Part shown: positions 51,201 to 62,200 of the stretch, piece by piece
How positions within the stretch are numbered: position 1 is the stretch's first letter
Layout: each line of letters starts with the position of its first letter
The notes under the pieces: generated by a model
Told to the model about the DNA's origin: nothing
The model's database searches: none
Seen by the model: the letters and a program-made list of their open reading frames with translations, nothing else
Translations under genes and position numbers: made by a program
Source of the DNA: Scyliorhinus canicula
Lineage: Eukaryota
Assembly (NCBI RefSeq): GCF_902713615.1
Contig: NC_052152.1
Location: forward strand, 65,506,818-65,570,817
Length of the DNA stretch: 64,000 nucleotides
Reading direction: 5' to 3'

Positions 51201-51999
51201 CGCGAGTTTGAGGAGCTTGGAGGAGAAATTTGGGTTGGTAAGGGGAAATGATTTTAGATACTTACAGTTGCGGGACTTTGTTCGTAGACAGGTCCCATCT
51301 TTCCCGCGCCTCCCGCCAATGGGGATCCTCGACAGAATAGTCTCTAGGAGGGAAGAAGGGGAGGGCAGAGTCTCGGGTATATATAAGGTGCTCATGAGGG
51401 AGGAAGGGTCCCAGACAGAGGAACTAAAACTTAAATGGGAGGAGGAGATAGGCGGGGAAATGGAGGATGGGCTGTGGGCAGAGGCCCTGAGTAGGGTAAA
51501 CTCGACCGCGACATGTGCTAGGCTCGGGCTGATCCAATTTAAGGTCGTTCACCGGGCCCATATGACGGTGGCTCGGATGAGCAAATTTTTCGGGATAGAG
51601 GACAAATGCGCTAGGTGCGCGGGAGGACCAGCGAACCATGTTCACATGTTTTGGGCATGCCCTGAGCTGAGGGGGTACTGGGAGGGATTTGCGGGGGTCA
51701 TGTCCCAGGTGCTAAAAACAAGGGTGGTGATGAGTCCAGGGGTGGCAATTTTTGGGGTTTCGGAAGACCCGGGCGTCCAGGGGGAGAAAGAGGCCGATGT
51801 GCTGGCCTTTGCTTCCCTGATAGCCCGGCGACGAATATTATTGGCGTGGAGGGACTCAAAGCCCCCGAAGACTGAGTGGTGGCTTGCGGACATGTTGAGT
51901 TTCCTGTGGATGGAAAAAATTAAGTTCGCCTTGAGGGGATCTGTGCAGGGGTTCACCCGGAGGTGGCAACCATTTATTGACTTCTTTGCGGGAGAGTGA
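48210..51999 (+). pseudogene. L1 ORF2 (frameshift near 49810; stops near 50130 and 50550)
   Basis: ORF track pieces 48141-49844, 49810-50133, 50170-50550, 50578-51999. Confidence 0.9.
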
Positions 52000-52520
52000 G
52001 CGTCAGCAGGGGAGTGGGGGGAGGGGGGTGGGGGGAGGGGGGTGGGGGGTAGAGTAGAGTAGGAGGGAAAATATGGCGGGTAGTACCGGTGGGAGGGGAG
52101 CGGGCTTGTGCAATATGTTACGATGGAAGTATTGAAAGTACGTGGATGTTTGCACATTTTTGCCTTTTTTGCTTCCTTTCTGATGATGTCTGTAACTGTT
52201 TATAAAGCCAAAAACTACCTCAATAAAATTATTTATTAAAAAAAAATTAAGTTGGAACCAAGAAATTTGCTCAATTGCAATTTTCAATCCAGAACAGAAC
52301 ACTCAAGAATTAAAATGATAGCCGGAATTTTCTGATATTTTTTCTAAGTGTCAGTCCCGGCGAGAAAACCAAGGAAAATCCCATTGGTGCCGGTGGGAAT
52401 GTTTTTTCCACATGATTCGTGTTGTACTCTGTGCAGTTTATCTCTGATTCCCTCACCCGGGAAAATCTAATCTCTGAAATCAGTGGGACGCTCCTTTTAA
52501 ACACCTTCCAAGCACTTGTT

Positions 52521-52818
52521 AATAATAATAATTTTTATTAGTGTCACAAGTAGGCTTACATTAACGCTGCAATGAAGTTACTTTGAAAATCCACTAGTCG
52601 CCATATATTCTCGGGTAAACTGAGGGAGAATTCAGAATGTCCAATTCACCTAACAGCACTTCTTTCGGGACATGTGGGAGGAAACTGGAGCACCCGGAGG
52701 AAACCCATGTAGACACAGGGAGAATGTACAGACTCCGCCTCAAGTCAGGAATCGAAACCGGGTCTCTGGCGCTGTGAAGCTGTGAACCGGTGCTAATCAC
52801 TGTGCTACCTTGCTGCCC
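52521..52818 (-). mobile_element. V-SINE, tail type 2
   Basis: GGGCAGCAAGGTAGCACAGTG head, core, ...CTACTTGTGACACTAATAAAAATTATT tail. Confidence 0.9.
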
Positions 52819-52842
52819 AATGTTCCAAATCCAGTAGGGGGG

Positions 52843-53061
52843 ATGGCTCCCAGGAAGACAGCACCTCATTTCACTGAGGGAGCCCACATCAAACTTCTGC
52901 ATGATGGCATCCTGTACCTGCGACCGCGCTGACGTCCAGCAAACAAGGTCACCAAAACCGCTGAGGAGGATGTGGCCATGGTAGTGAGTGCCTGCTTGCT
53001 CCATAAGAGGATGGGGCGACAGTGTTGAAAGAGGATGAATGACCTCCTTTGTGCAGCCAGA
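52843..53061 (+). pseudogene. Harbinger Myb/SANT-like gene, exon 1
   Basis: MAPRKTAPHFTEGAHIKLL...EDVAMVVSA...RQC*KRMNDLLCAAR followed by a GTAAGT donor; in-frame stops. Confidence 0.75.
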
Positions 53062-55099
53062 GTAAGTCTGCCTCCTAATGTCTCCCTTAACACACCCATC
53101 ACACCTCCACTGTGATCTCTCTCCCAGCCACCTCATGGGGTCGAACACTTCTTCCCTCTCCCCTCAACTCCCCATGGTCCCACCTCAGAAAATTATCTAC
53201 TCCAACCATCCCCAATTGTACTCACCTCGCATGACAGAGCTCATCATCATCTGACCTGACAGGACTCCCGCCCACACTTTCCCATCTGTCTCAATGCAGG
53301 ACAAACCCAAGCACAACCAATGTGAGTGGGCACAGCCTGCCAGAGTCATGCCTGAGCTGAAACCCCTAACATAGTTGAGGAGTGAACCCTTGAGCTGGCC
53401 GGCGAGGAGCAGGACCACACCTGTGGTGAGGTGGGGGCAAGAGACAAAAGTAAGAACCGTCAACACATGCAGCCATGCTGCAAGCCTCACTTGAGTTAAC
53501 CTTCTCCCATCAGTCTGCCCATGTGATTCACTAATGCCATCTCCCTTCCCTTGCAGGTCAATCAGTCGACCAGCCCGGATCATCCTCATGCCCTGTGGAG
53601 ACCACAGACCCAAGCAGCTCTGAGGGAGACATCTCGGAGACAAGCAACGAGGAGGGTTCTTAGTTGTCACCTCCACCAACACAGATACTCACACCTCAGT
53701 GGGAGGGCAGGCTTCTGAGTCACTCACTGGTGAACACCTGACAGCTGAAGATCCATAGAAGACAGAGACAGGAACATCCCAGGGATCCGGCACACTAGAG
53801 GTATGCCATAACTCAGGACCGTGCTGAGCCTTAGGCCAATGATGGGCCCATGGGTACGGTTGTGTCAGAGCTGCTGGAGCTACAAAGGCAGCGTCGCACG
53901 CATCAGGAAGGGATGACAGCATCCCTCCTCGGCCTGCAGGCCACCTGGAGGAGTCCCATCGCCTTCTGTCTGATGAGATAATGCTGTCATTCCAACGCAG
54001 CAAGGCCATCATTGCGAGTGTGGTGTCTGCTGTGGTGACCTTGACACAGGACTTCCACTGCATGCTGGGGGATGTTCGCTCCACAATTCAGCTTATGACC
54101 TCCATGTCTGAGAGCGTGGGAATAATGGTGCAGGGCTTCAACTGCATGATACAGGCACTGGTGGGAATCCACAAGTGTCAGCGGCAGAAGATGGCAGGGT
54201 TCTTGATATCCCTCCAGCTGCTCTTCCATCCCGTGGAGGAGCCCAATGGCTCCTGGGCACCCAAAGGGATGAGGATCGGCAGGAATGCAGTTGGAGGCCT
54301 TCCAAACAAGGGACCTTGTACGTGTACAGCCCATCTGACACTCCCCAACAGACCTCCAGGCCCACACACCAAGGAGGACAGCACTGTAACACCTGTGCAG
54401 ACTAGACGTAGGCCTGGACCCTCAAGGTCTAGACCCACCAAGGGCACCCACCAAGGTCATCTCAGGCAACAGAATGTGGACGTCAACAGGCCACTTCAAC
54501 CTCAACTGTGGATCCTGGGGAAACACCTGGACGTAGCAGGAGGGTGAGGCAGAGTAAGAAACGATAGGCACCTGGTGGGCACTGGTGGATCTCGGCACTG
54601 GGAGATAAGTCACCATTGTAACAATGCAGTTATACGAAAGATCACTTTGTTCCCCGCACAGATCCTCCACATTATCATGTTCTGACACCATGCTCCACAA
54701 ACCCTCTCGCAAACTCATCTTTGTGTTGTGTGAGAATGACAGCACTATGTCTCTGTTGGAAGGTTTACCAACACCCACCCCACCCCCCCCTTCCAGAACC
54801 ATTACCCCCGCCCACAGCAATGCGCAGACCTCTCGTATCTGCCAGTATTCTCTAGTTACGTGGATGCCAAGGGCTGAAAACTCTGAGTCTGCCACCTCAT
54901 CAGTGGCTGGAGAAAAACACCGGATCTCAGAGTAGACAATAGCAGTTGAGATGTGTCATTCAGACTTTCTGGGCCCCTCGATCACCCCATTCATTGTCAG
55001 GGCATGCTCAGCTGTCTTGTCAGGCAGGAGTCAGACATTTCATAGACGATATGAAGATATGAGGAGAGGTCTTCACAGCATATTTTGGTCATCCCCAAA

Positions 55100-55701
55100 C
55101 CAAGAGGCTATGAGGGCATCCCTAGCCCTAGTCCCATGCAGACCCTGGCCAACGGCCGAGGTGCTTCTTCCACAACGCCTGTGAGTTGCCCCTCATGGGG
55201 CAACCTCTAGGAAGGCTCCCCCACTGGACAGTCCAAGCACCGGAACCGCATCTTGAGCAGTTAAGTCACCTGCTCGACCAACGCGCAAGTTGAGGCATGA
55301 GCCTCATTGTAGCGAATTTCAGTGGGTGTTTGTGGCCTTCGTACTGGTGCCATCTGCCACATCCTGAATGGGTACCCTTTGTCCTCCAGGAGTCACCACT
55401 CCAGCCACTGCTCTCCCTCAATAATGGCTGGGATCTGTGCGTGTTCCTCAATGTAACTTGCCATGGACACACTCCAGGAAATGGACACATACCTTCATAA
55501 GTTCATTGTGTTGTCACAGACAATCTAGACATTGCAGATCCGAAATAGCAGCCCATGCCACCATGGGGAACACAGATCCATGTGGATGCAATTGATGACA
55601 CCCTGCATCTGGAGCATGACTGCTCTGTGGGTGAAGAGCATGGCCCTGACGTCCTGGCTCACCTGGTCCTGGTCCAAGTTTATGCATATGTGGGTCCTCA
55701 C
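55100..55701 (-). pseudogene. HARBI1-like DDE transposase, C-terminal part
   Basis: QGVINCIH...IVCD...LLEDKGYP...PVRRPQTPTEIRYNEAHASTCALVEQ...LLKMRFRCLD, with stops and frameshifts. Confidence 0.8.
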
Positions 55702-56511
55702 TGTGGTAGTCGGAATTAGGGGTATTACGGTACCCAGGTTGATGCTGTAAGAGAACTGGTATGGGAGGTACCGGAGACAGCAATATCATTGGTGAAGCCT
55801 TCCTGCTGGTTCCTCTCAGTAAGGCGGAGTATAAGATCCTGTGTCTTCCCAGCAGCTGCATTCTGTACCTGCGCAGCTGGGGGAAACATCTAGTACAATA
55901 AAGCCATCAATTGTCATCCAATCTCGCTTCTGGAGTCATTGATCGAGCATCAATTTATTGGACTAGTTTTTAAAGAATGGAGCTCCGAATGAAGCCGGAG
56001 TGTCTGCAACGCAACCCCCTCACGGCAATCGCAGCGGCAACCTTCAAACACTGGCTGCCGTGCTTCAACGGGTACCTCAGGACGGCCACAACTACACCCA
56101 TGGAGGACCAGAAGATGCAAGTTCTACACTCGAGGGTGAGCCCAGAGATCTACACCCTCATCGAGGATGTGGACAATTTTGAGGCCGCGATGGCCCTCTT
56201 GAAAGGACACTATATTCGCCCAGTAAACCATGTCTACGCCTGACATCTGCTAGCGACGAGGCAACAAATCCCCGGGGAATCGCTGGAGGAATTCTACTGT
56301 GCGTTCCTGGTGTTAGGTAGGAACTGTGACTGCTCGCAAGTTTCAGCCAGCGACCACACAGAACTTTTGATCCGGGACGCATTCGTTGTAGGTATGCTGT
56401 CTCCCAAATCCACCAGTGATTGCTGGAGAAAGAGACATTAGGCCTCAAGGAGGCACGGGCCCTTGGTAGCTCCCTGGATGTGGCCTCGCGAAATGACCAC
56501 GCGTACTTCCC

Positions 56512-58736
56512 TGTGGTGAATTCATACATTGGCTCCGCCCATGGCTCCGCCCATGGCTCCGTCCACCTACAATACGGAGAAATGCATCCTCGGCTATGTC
56601 GTGGAAAATGGAGTCCTGGGCCCCGACCCGAACCGTATCTTACAACTCCCTCTCCCTCATTGTCCCAGGGCCCTCAAGGGGTGTCTGGGATTTTTCTCTT
56701 ATTATGCCCAGTGGGTCCCCCAGTATGGGGACAAAGCCCGCCCACTATTTAAGACCACACTCTTCCCACTGTCAGCTGAGGCCCGCCAGGCCTTCAACTG
56801 CATCAAGGAGGACATCGCCAAACCCGACATGTGGGCGGTGGATGAATCCGTCCCCTTTCAAGTGGAGAGCGACGCCTCAGAGGTCGCTCTCGCCGCCACT
56901 CTGAATCAGGCAGGGAGACCAGTCGCCTTGTTCTCCTGAACCCTCTCCGCTTCGGAACTTCGACACTCCTCAGTTGAAAAAGAAGCTCAAGCCATTGTGG
57001 AAGCCGTACGGCACTGGAGGCACTACCTCGCAGGTAGGAGGTTTACCCTCATCACCGACCAAAGATCGGTTGCCTTCATGTTTGACAACTCGAAAAGGGG
57101 CAAAATTAAAAATCATAAAATCTTGCGGTGGAGGATCGAACTCTCCACCTATAATTACGATATCATATATCGACCGGAGAAGCTCAACGAGCCCCCAGAT
57201 GCCCTGTCCCGCAGCACGTGCGCCAGCTCGCACGACGACCGCCTGCGGCTATCCACAATGGCCTCTGCCACCCGGGGGTCACATGGCTCGCCCACTACAT
57301 CAAAGCCCGAAATCTGCCTTTCTCCACCGAGGAGGTAAAAGCCATCACCAGGGATTGCCCGATCTGCGCGGAGTGCAAACCGCACTTCCATAGACCAGAC
57401 AAGGCCCACCTGGTAAAGGCTTCCCGGCCCTTTGAACGCCTGAGCATCGATTTCAAAGGGCCACTCCCCTCGACCAATCGAAATGTGTACTTTCTTAACG
57501 TCATCGATGAATTCTCCCGCTACCCCTTTGCCATCCCGTGCCCCGATATGACCTCCCACACAGTCATCAGAGCCCTGCACAGTGTCTTCACCCTGTTCAG
57601 GTTCCCCAGCTACGTACACAGCGACAGGGGTTCGTCCTTTATGAGCGACGAGCTGCATCAGTACCTGCTCGACAAGGGCATCGCCTCGAGCAGGACTACC
57701 AGCTACAACCCCAGTAAGAACGGGCAGTTGGAGAGTGAGAACGCGATGGTCTGGAAGACCATCCTACTGACCCTCTGGTCCAGGAATCTCCCGACCTCCC
57801 ATTGGCAGGAGGTCCTCCCCGACGCGCTCCATGCAATTAGGTCTCTCCTATGCACCGCCACCAACCAGACCCCTCATGAACGACTATTTGCTTTCTCTAG
57901 GGGCACTACCACGGGGGCTTTACTCCCATCCTGGTTGAGGACACCGGGCCCGGTTCTCCTCCGGAGGAACGTCCGGACACACAAAACAGAACCGCTAGTA
58001 GAGAGAGTTCGACTGCTTCATTCGAACCCCCAATACGCCTTTATTGAATACCCCGACGGCCGTCAGGACACCGTTTCCCTCCGGGACCTGGCGCCTGCAG
58101 GATCCACCACCATCACCACCACCGCCGAGGTACCCCTCACACTACACCCCACCCAACCCCCCATGCCCTGCGCCCCTGCGCCTCTAGGTTCCATGCCCAC
58201 GCTCGACGCCCCCGAGCCTATAGGTTTCCTGCGTCCCCCGTCGCACCGGTCAGGAATGAAGCTCGGACCGAAACGCCCCCGGAGTCCACCCTCATACCCA
58301 CACCGATCGCCACCACCCAGCCACTCGAAGAGGCTGCAACCCCGGTGCTCCGCCGATCCCAAAGGGCGACTCGGCCACTGGACCGGCTCAACTTGTAGAC
58401 CCGTCACCCCCGCCGGACTTGATTTTTTTTACAGGGGGTGAATGTGGTGAATTCATACTGTATTGTAATTCACACTGTATTGCATTGCATTGTATTATGT
58501 CCTTGTGGGCTCTGTATGTGAGACGTTGCGCGGCTATGCCCATAGGGGGAGATGAGGAGCTTGTACAGGGCTCCACCCTTAGCTCCGCCCATGGCCCCTC
58601 CCACTACCAGAAGTATAAAGTGCTGCAGCCATAAGCCGGCTCTCAGTTCCTCTGGTCGCAGGCAGGCTCAGTTGTAAGACTATTAAAACCACAGTTTACT
58701 TCCAATCGTGTCTCTAGTGAATTGATGGTCACATCA
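56512..58736 (+). mobile_element. Ty3/Gypsy element 'B' nested in the gag of A; 5' part largely deleted
   Basis: Starts TGTGGTGAATTCATAC (as does 3' LTR 58443-58736), then jumps to the RT end, RNase H and integrase (57218-58441). TSD TTCCC/GTCCC (4 of 5). A's gag reads through when B is removed (HAYFP|DRAAAPW). Confidence 0.9.
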
Positions 58737-60116
58737 GTCCCTGACCGCGCGGCAGCCCCTTGGGCAGCATGGAACCCCCCCTCCCCCCGCAGCCAACTGC
58801 GATGGATCCCCCATCCCCCCACAAGCTTGTGCTGTGCGACTACCAGGCAACCCTGGAGGTCCCCGCTGCTATTTTTGTGGGCAAGCCAAGCAGCCCCGGC
58901 AGCGTTGCCCGGCCCACTCCTCCACCTGCAAAGAGTGCGGTAAAAAGGGCCATTTCGTGGCAGTATGCCAGGCCCGGGCGGTCGCCGCGGACTCCGGGGG
59001 CGAACCGGGACCGACACCCCAACCGTCTCCACGAGCGACGTGCGGCCAGCCGGCGCCGCCATCTTCCTTTTCCCGAGCCACATGCGGGCCCCGGGTGCTG
59101 CCATCGTGTTCCACAGGGACCACGTGCGACGGATGGGCACCGCCATCTTGCACACCCCCGGCCATGTGCAACTAGTGGGCTTGGCTGGAGCCTTAGGACC
59201 CCGATTCGGATGACCACACATCGCCCGAAGAAAACCTCCAGTTTTTGCCAAGACTTGCCTCGGTGACCCTGGACCAGTCTCGACCCCGAACGCTCTCGAC
59301 CGCGACGACGACCGTGCTCATCAATGGGCATAAATCATCCTGCCTGATCGACTCCGGGAACACAGAGAGCTTCATACACCCTAACACGGTAAGGCGCTGT
59401 TCTCTTCCCATACACCCAATTACTCAAAGAATCTCGCTGGCCTCCGGGTTTCACTCTGTAGAGATCAAAGGGTTCTGCGTAGTGAACCTCATGGTCCAGG
59501 GAAGGGAATTAAAAAATTTCCACCTCCACGTCCTCCCTCACCTCTGCGCTGCCACGCTCCTAGGGTTAGATTTCCAATGTTAACCTGCAAAGTTTAACTT
59601 TTAAATTCGGCGGCCCTATACCCCCCTCACTGTCTGCAGCCTTGCGACCCTCAAGGTCGAGCCGCCTTCCCTTTTTGCGAACCTCACCCCGGATTGCAAA
59701 CCCGTCGCCACCAGGAGCAGACGGTACAGTGCCCAGGACCGGACCTTCATTAGGTCGGAAGTCCAGCAGTTACTGAAGGAAGGTATTACTGAGGCTAGCA
59801 AAGTCCCTGGAGAGCTCAAGAAGTGGTTGTAAAGACCGGTGAGAAGCATAGGATGGTCATCGATTATAGTCAGACCATCAACAGGTATACGCAGCTCGAC
59901 GCGTACCCTCTCCCCCACATATCTGATTTGGTAAATCAGATTGCACAGTACAAAGTCTTTTCCACAGTGGATCTAAAATCCGCTTACCATCAGCTGCCCA
60001 TCCGCCCTAGCGACCGCAAATACACTGCATTCGAAGCAGATGGGCGGCTCCACCACTTCCTAAGGGTTCCCTTCGGTGTCACAAATGGAGTCTCACTCTC
60101 CCCACTGACCAACGGT

Positions 60117-60302
60117 CGATTGCTTTCATGTTCGATAATGCACAGCGGGGCAAGATAAAGAACGGTAAGATCTTACGGTGGAGGATCGAGCTCTTCACCT
60201 ACAACTATGAGATCTTGTAGGTGAAGAGCTCGATCCTCCACCGTAAGATCTTACCGTTCTTTATCTTGCCCCGCTGTGCATTATCGAACATGAAAGCAAT
60301 CG
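60117..60302. repeat. Perfect inverted repeat, 88-bp arms, 10-nt spacer
   Basis: Arm 60117-60204 is the exact reverse complement of 60215-60302; spacer CTATGAGATC. Confidence 0.95.
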
Positions 60303-61862
60303 TCCCGGGTGCTAAACGAGCCTCCTGATGCCCTATCCCGCGGCACATATGCCAACACACAAGTGGACCGACTCCGCGCCCTCCACGCGGACCTCTGCCA
60401 CCCGGGGGTCACTCGATTCATCCATTTCATCAAGACATGCAACCTGCCCTACTCCATCGAAGAGGTCAGGACCGCCACCAGGACCTGCCAAATCTGCGCG
60501 GAGTGCAAGCCGTACTTCTACAGGCCAGAGAAAGCGCACCTGATAAATGCTTCCCGCGCCTTTGAACGCCTCAGTATGGACTTCAATGGGGCCCCTCCCC
60601 TCCACCGACCACAACATGTACTTCCTGAACGTGATTGACGAGTACTCCCGGTTCCCATTCGCCATCCCATGCCCCGACATGACAGCAGCCACTGTCATAA
60701 AAGCCCTCCACAGTATCTTTATACTGTTCGGTTTCCCCACCTACATACACAGCGATAGGGGGTCCTCCTTTATGAGCGACGAACTGCGTCAATTCCTGCT
60801 CAGCAAGGGCATTGCCTCGAGCAGGACGACCAGTTACAATCCCCGGGGAAATGGATAGGAGGAGAGGGAGAACGGAACAGTCTACAAGACCGTCCTACTG
60901 GCCCTATGGTCCAGGAATCTCCCAGTCTCTCGCTGGCAGGAGGTCCTTCCTGATGCTCTCCACTCCATCCGATCACTGCTGTGTACCACGACCAACCAAA
61001 CACCTCACGAACGTCTCCTTATCTTCCCTAGGAAGTCCTCCTCCGGGACCTTGCTCCCAACCTGGCTGGCAGCTCCTGGACCCATCCTGCTCCGCAAACA
61101 CGTGCGGGCGCACAAGTCGGACCCATTGGTTGAGAGGGTCCACCCCCTTCACGCTAACCCTCAATATGCCTACGTGGCATACCCCGACGGCCGACAGGAT
61201 ATGGTCTCCCTTCGGGACCTGGCACCCGCTGGATCCCCCCCACAGCCCCACCACCACCCTCACCCTCCTTCCCACCGGCGCACCCCAGAGCCGCCCCTTC
61301 CCAGGTGGATTGGTCCTCCCACCGGTCCCATCCAGGGGTGATGAAGAAGCCGAAGCCATGTTCCCGGAGCCACGGATGCCCGGGCTAGCACCTGCGTCCC
61401 CGCTGAAACTACGACGATCGCAGAGGACGCCAGGTCCCCCGATCGACTAATTGCTTCATTTTGAATGTAAATAAATACTGTAAATAGTTGCGACATGTAA
61501 AGAGGCAAAACACTGTACTAATGTATACCAGGTACCACCATAACCTCCACCAATGTATAACACGAGACAACCACCCCCGCCGGACTCTTTTTTTTTTAAA
61601 CAGGGGGTGAATGTGGTAGTCGGTATTAGGGGTATTACGGTACCCAGGTTGTTGCTGTAAGACCATTGGTGTGGGAGGTACCTGAGACAGCAATATCATT
61701 GGTGAAGCCTGCCTGCTGGTTCCGCCCAGTAAGGCGGAGTATAAGAGCCTGTGTCTCCCTAGCAGCTGCATTCTGTACCTTCACTGCTGGGGGAAACATC
61801 TAGTCCAATAAAGCCTTCAATTGTCATCCAATATCGCTTCTAGAGTCATTAATCGAGGATCA

Positions 61863-62200
61863 CTCACGAATAGCTCTTCTGTGTCCTCCTTTATGCACTT
61901 CTGTCTGGTTGACTAGGATATGCTGCACAGGTCACCCGTGCTGTCCTGAAACTCGCCACTGGCATTCAAGTTCAAAGGGACAGTGATTTTCAGGGCCACA
62001 GGCAATGGGTGACCTCCCAGTCAATGTGGTGCTAACTCTTGTATCACCTGGCAGAGGTGCTCCACCATCACCTACGCAGGCGCCATCTTCTCTGGCATTG
62101 CACCTCTGACATCTGGACATAGGATGTCCCACGTGGTATACAAATGGCCTATAGTGTCTTCTCCAAAGCTCCGCCATTTGTGGCCCTGCTCCCAAGGGAT
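61863..62200 (-). pseudogene. HARBI1-like transposase, N-terminal part
   Basis: VEHLCQVIQELAPH*LGGHPLPVALKITVPLNLNASGEFQDSTGDLCSIS*...KCIKEDTEELF. Confidence 0.8.

Larger units (their letters stand above)
46430..52243 (+). mobile_element. Full-length but decayed L1-clade LINE
   Basis: TSD AAATTAAGTTGG (46418-46429 / 52244-52255), AATAAA and A-rich tail. ORF1 with coiled coil, RRNNLRMVGLPEG and PRPMVIRFH; ORF2 with APE (ITWNVKGL, LQETHL, GGDFN, SDH), RT (SPGPDG, RQGCPLSP, YADD) and a C-terminal Cys/His motif (C..C...ANHVHMFWAC). Confidence 0.95.
55702..61862 (+). mobile_element. Ty3/Gypsy provirus 'A' (same lineage as C), degenerate
   Basis: 251-bp LTRs at 55702-55952 and 61612-61862 (about 22 mismatches by eye); TSD CTCAC. 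gag ATG 55977 (MELRMKPECLQ), CCHC knuckle CYFCG...CKECGKKGHFVAVC, protease LIDSGNTESF, RT fused to RNase H by a deletion near 60090, integrase, PPT ACAGGGGGTGAA. No tRNA-type PBS. Confidence 0.95.

Noticed and set aside
49043-51395. Long antisense ORFs over L1, CR1 and Gypsy (e.g. 50859-51395, 15263-15697, 29626-30045)
   Set aside because: Shadow ORFs of TE coding strands, with no independent motifs.
46430-52243. L1 as retrotransposition-competent
   Set aside because: Frameshifts in ORF1 and ORF2 and in-frame stops near 50130 and 50550.
841-52818. tRNA genes
   Set aside because: The A/B boxes belong to SINE heads joined to V-core or LINE tails; no complete cloverleaf was seen.
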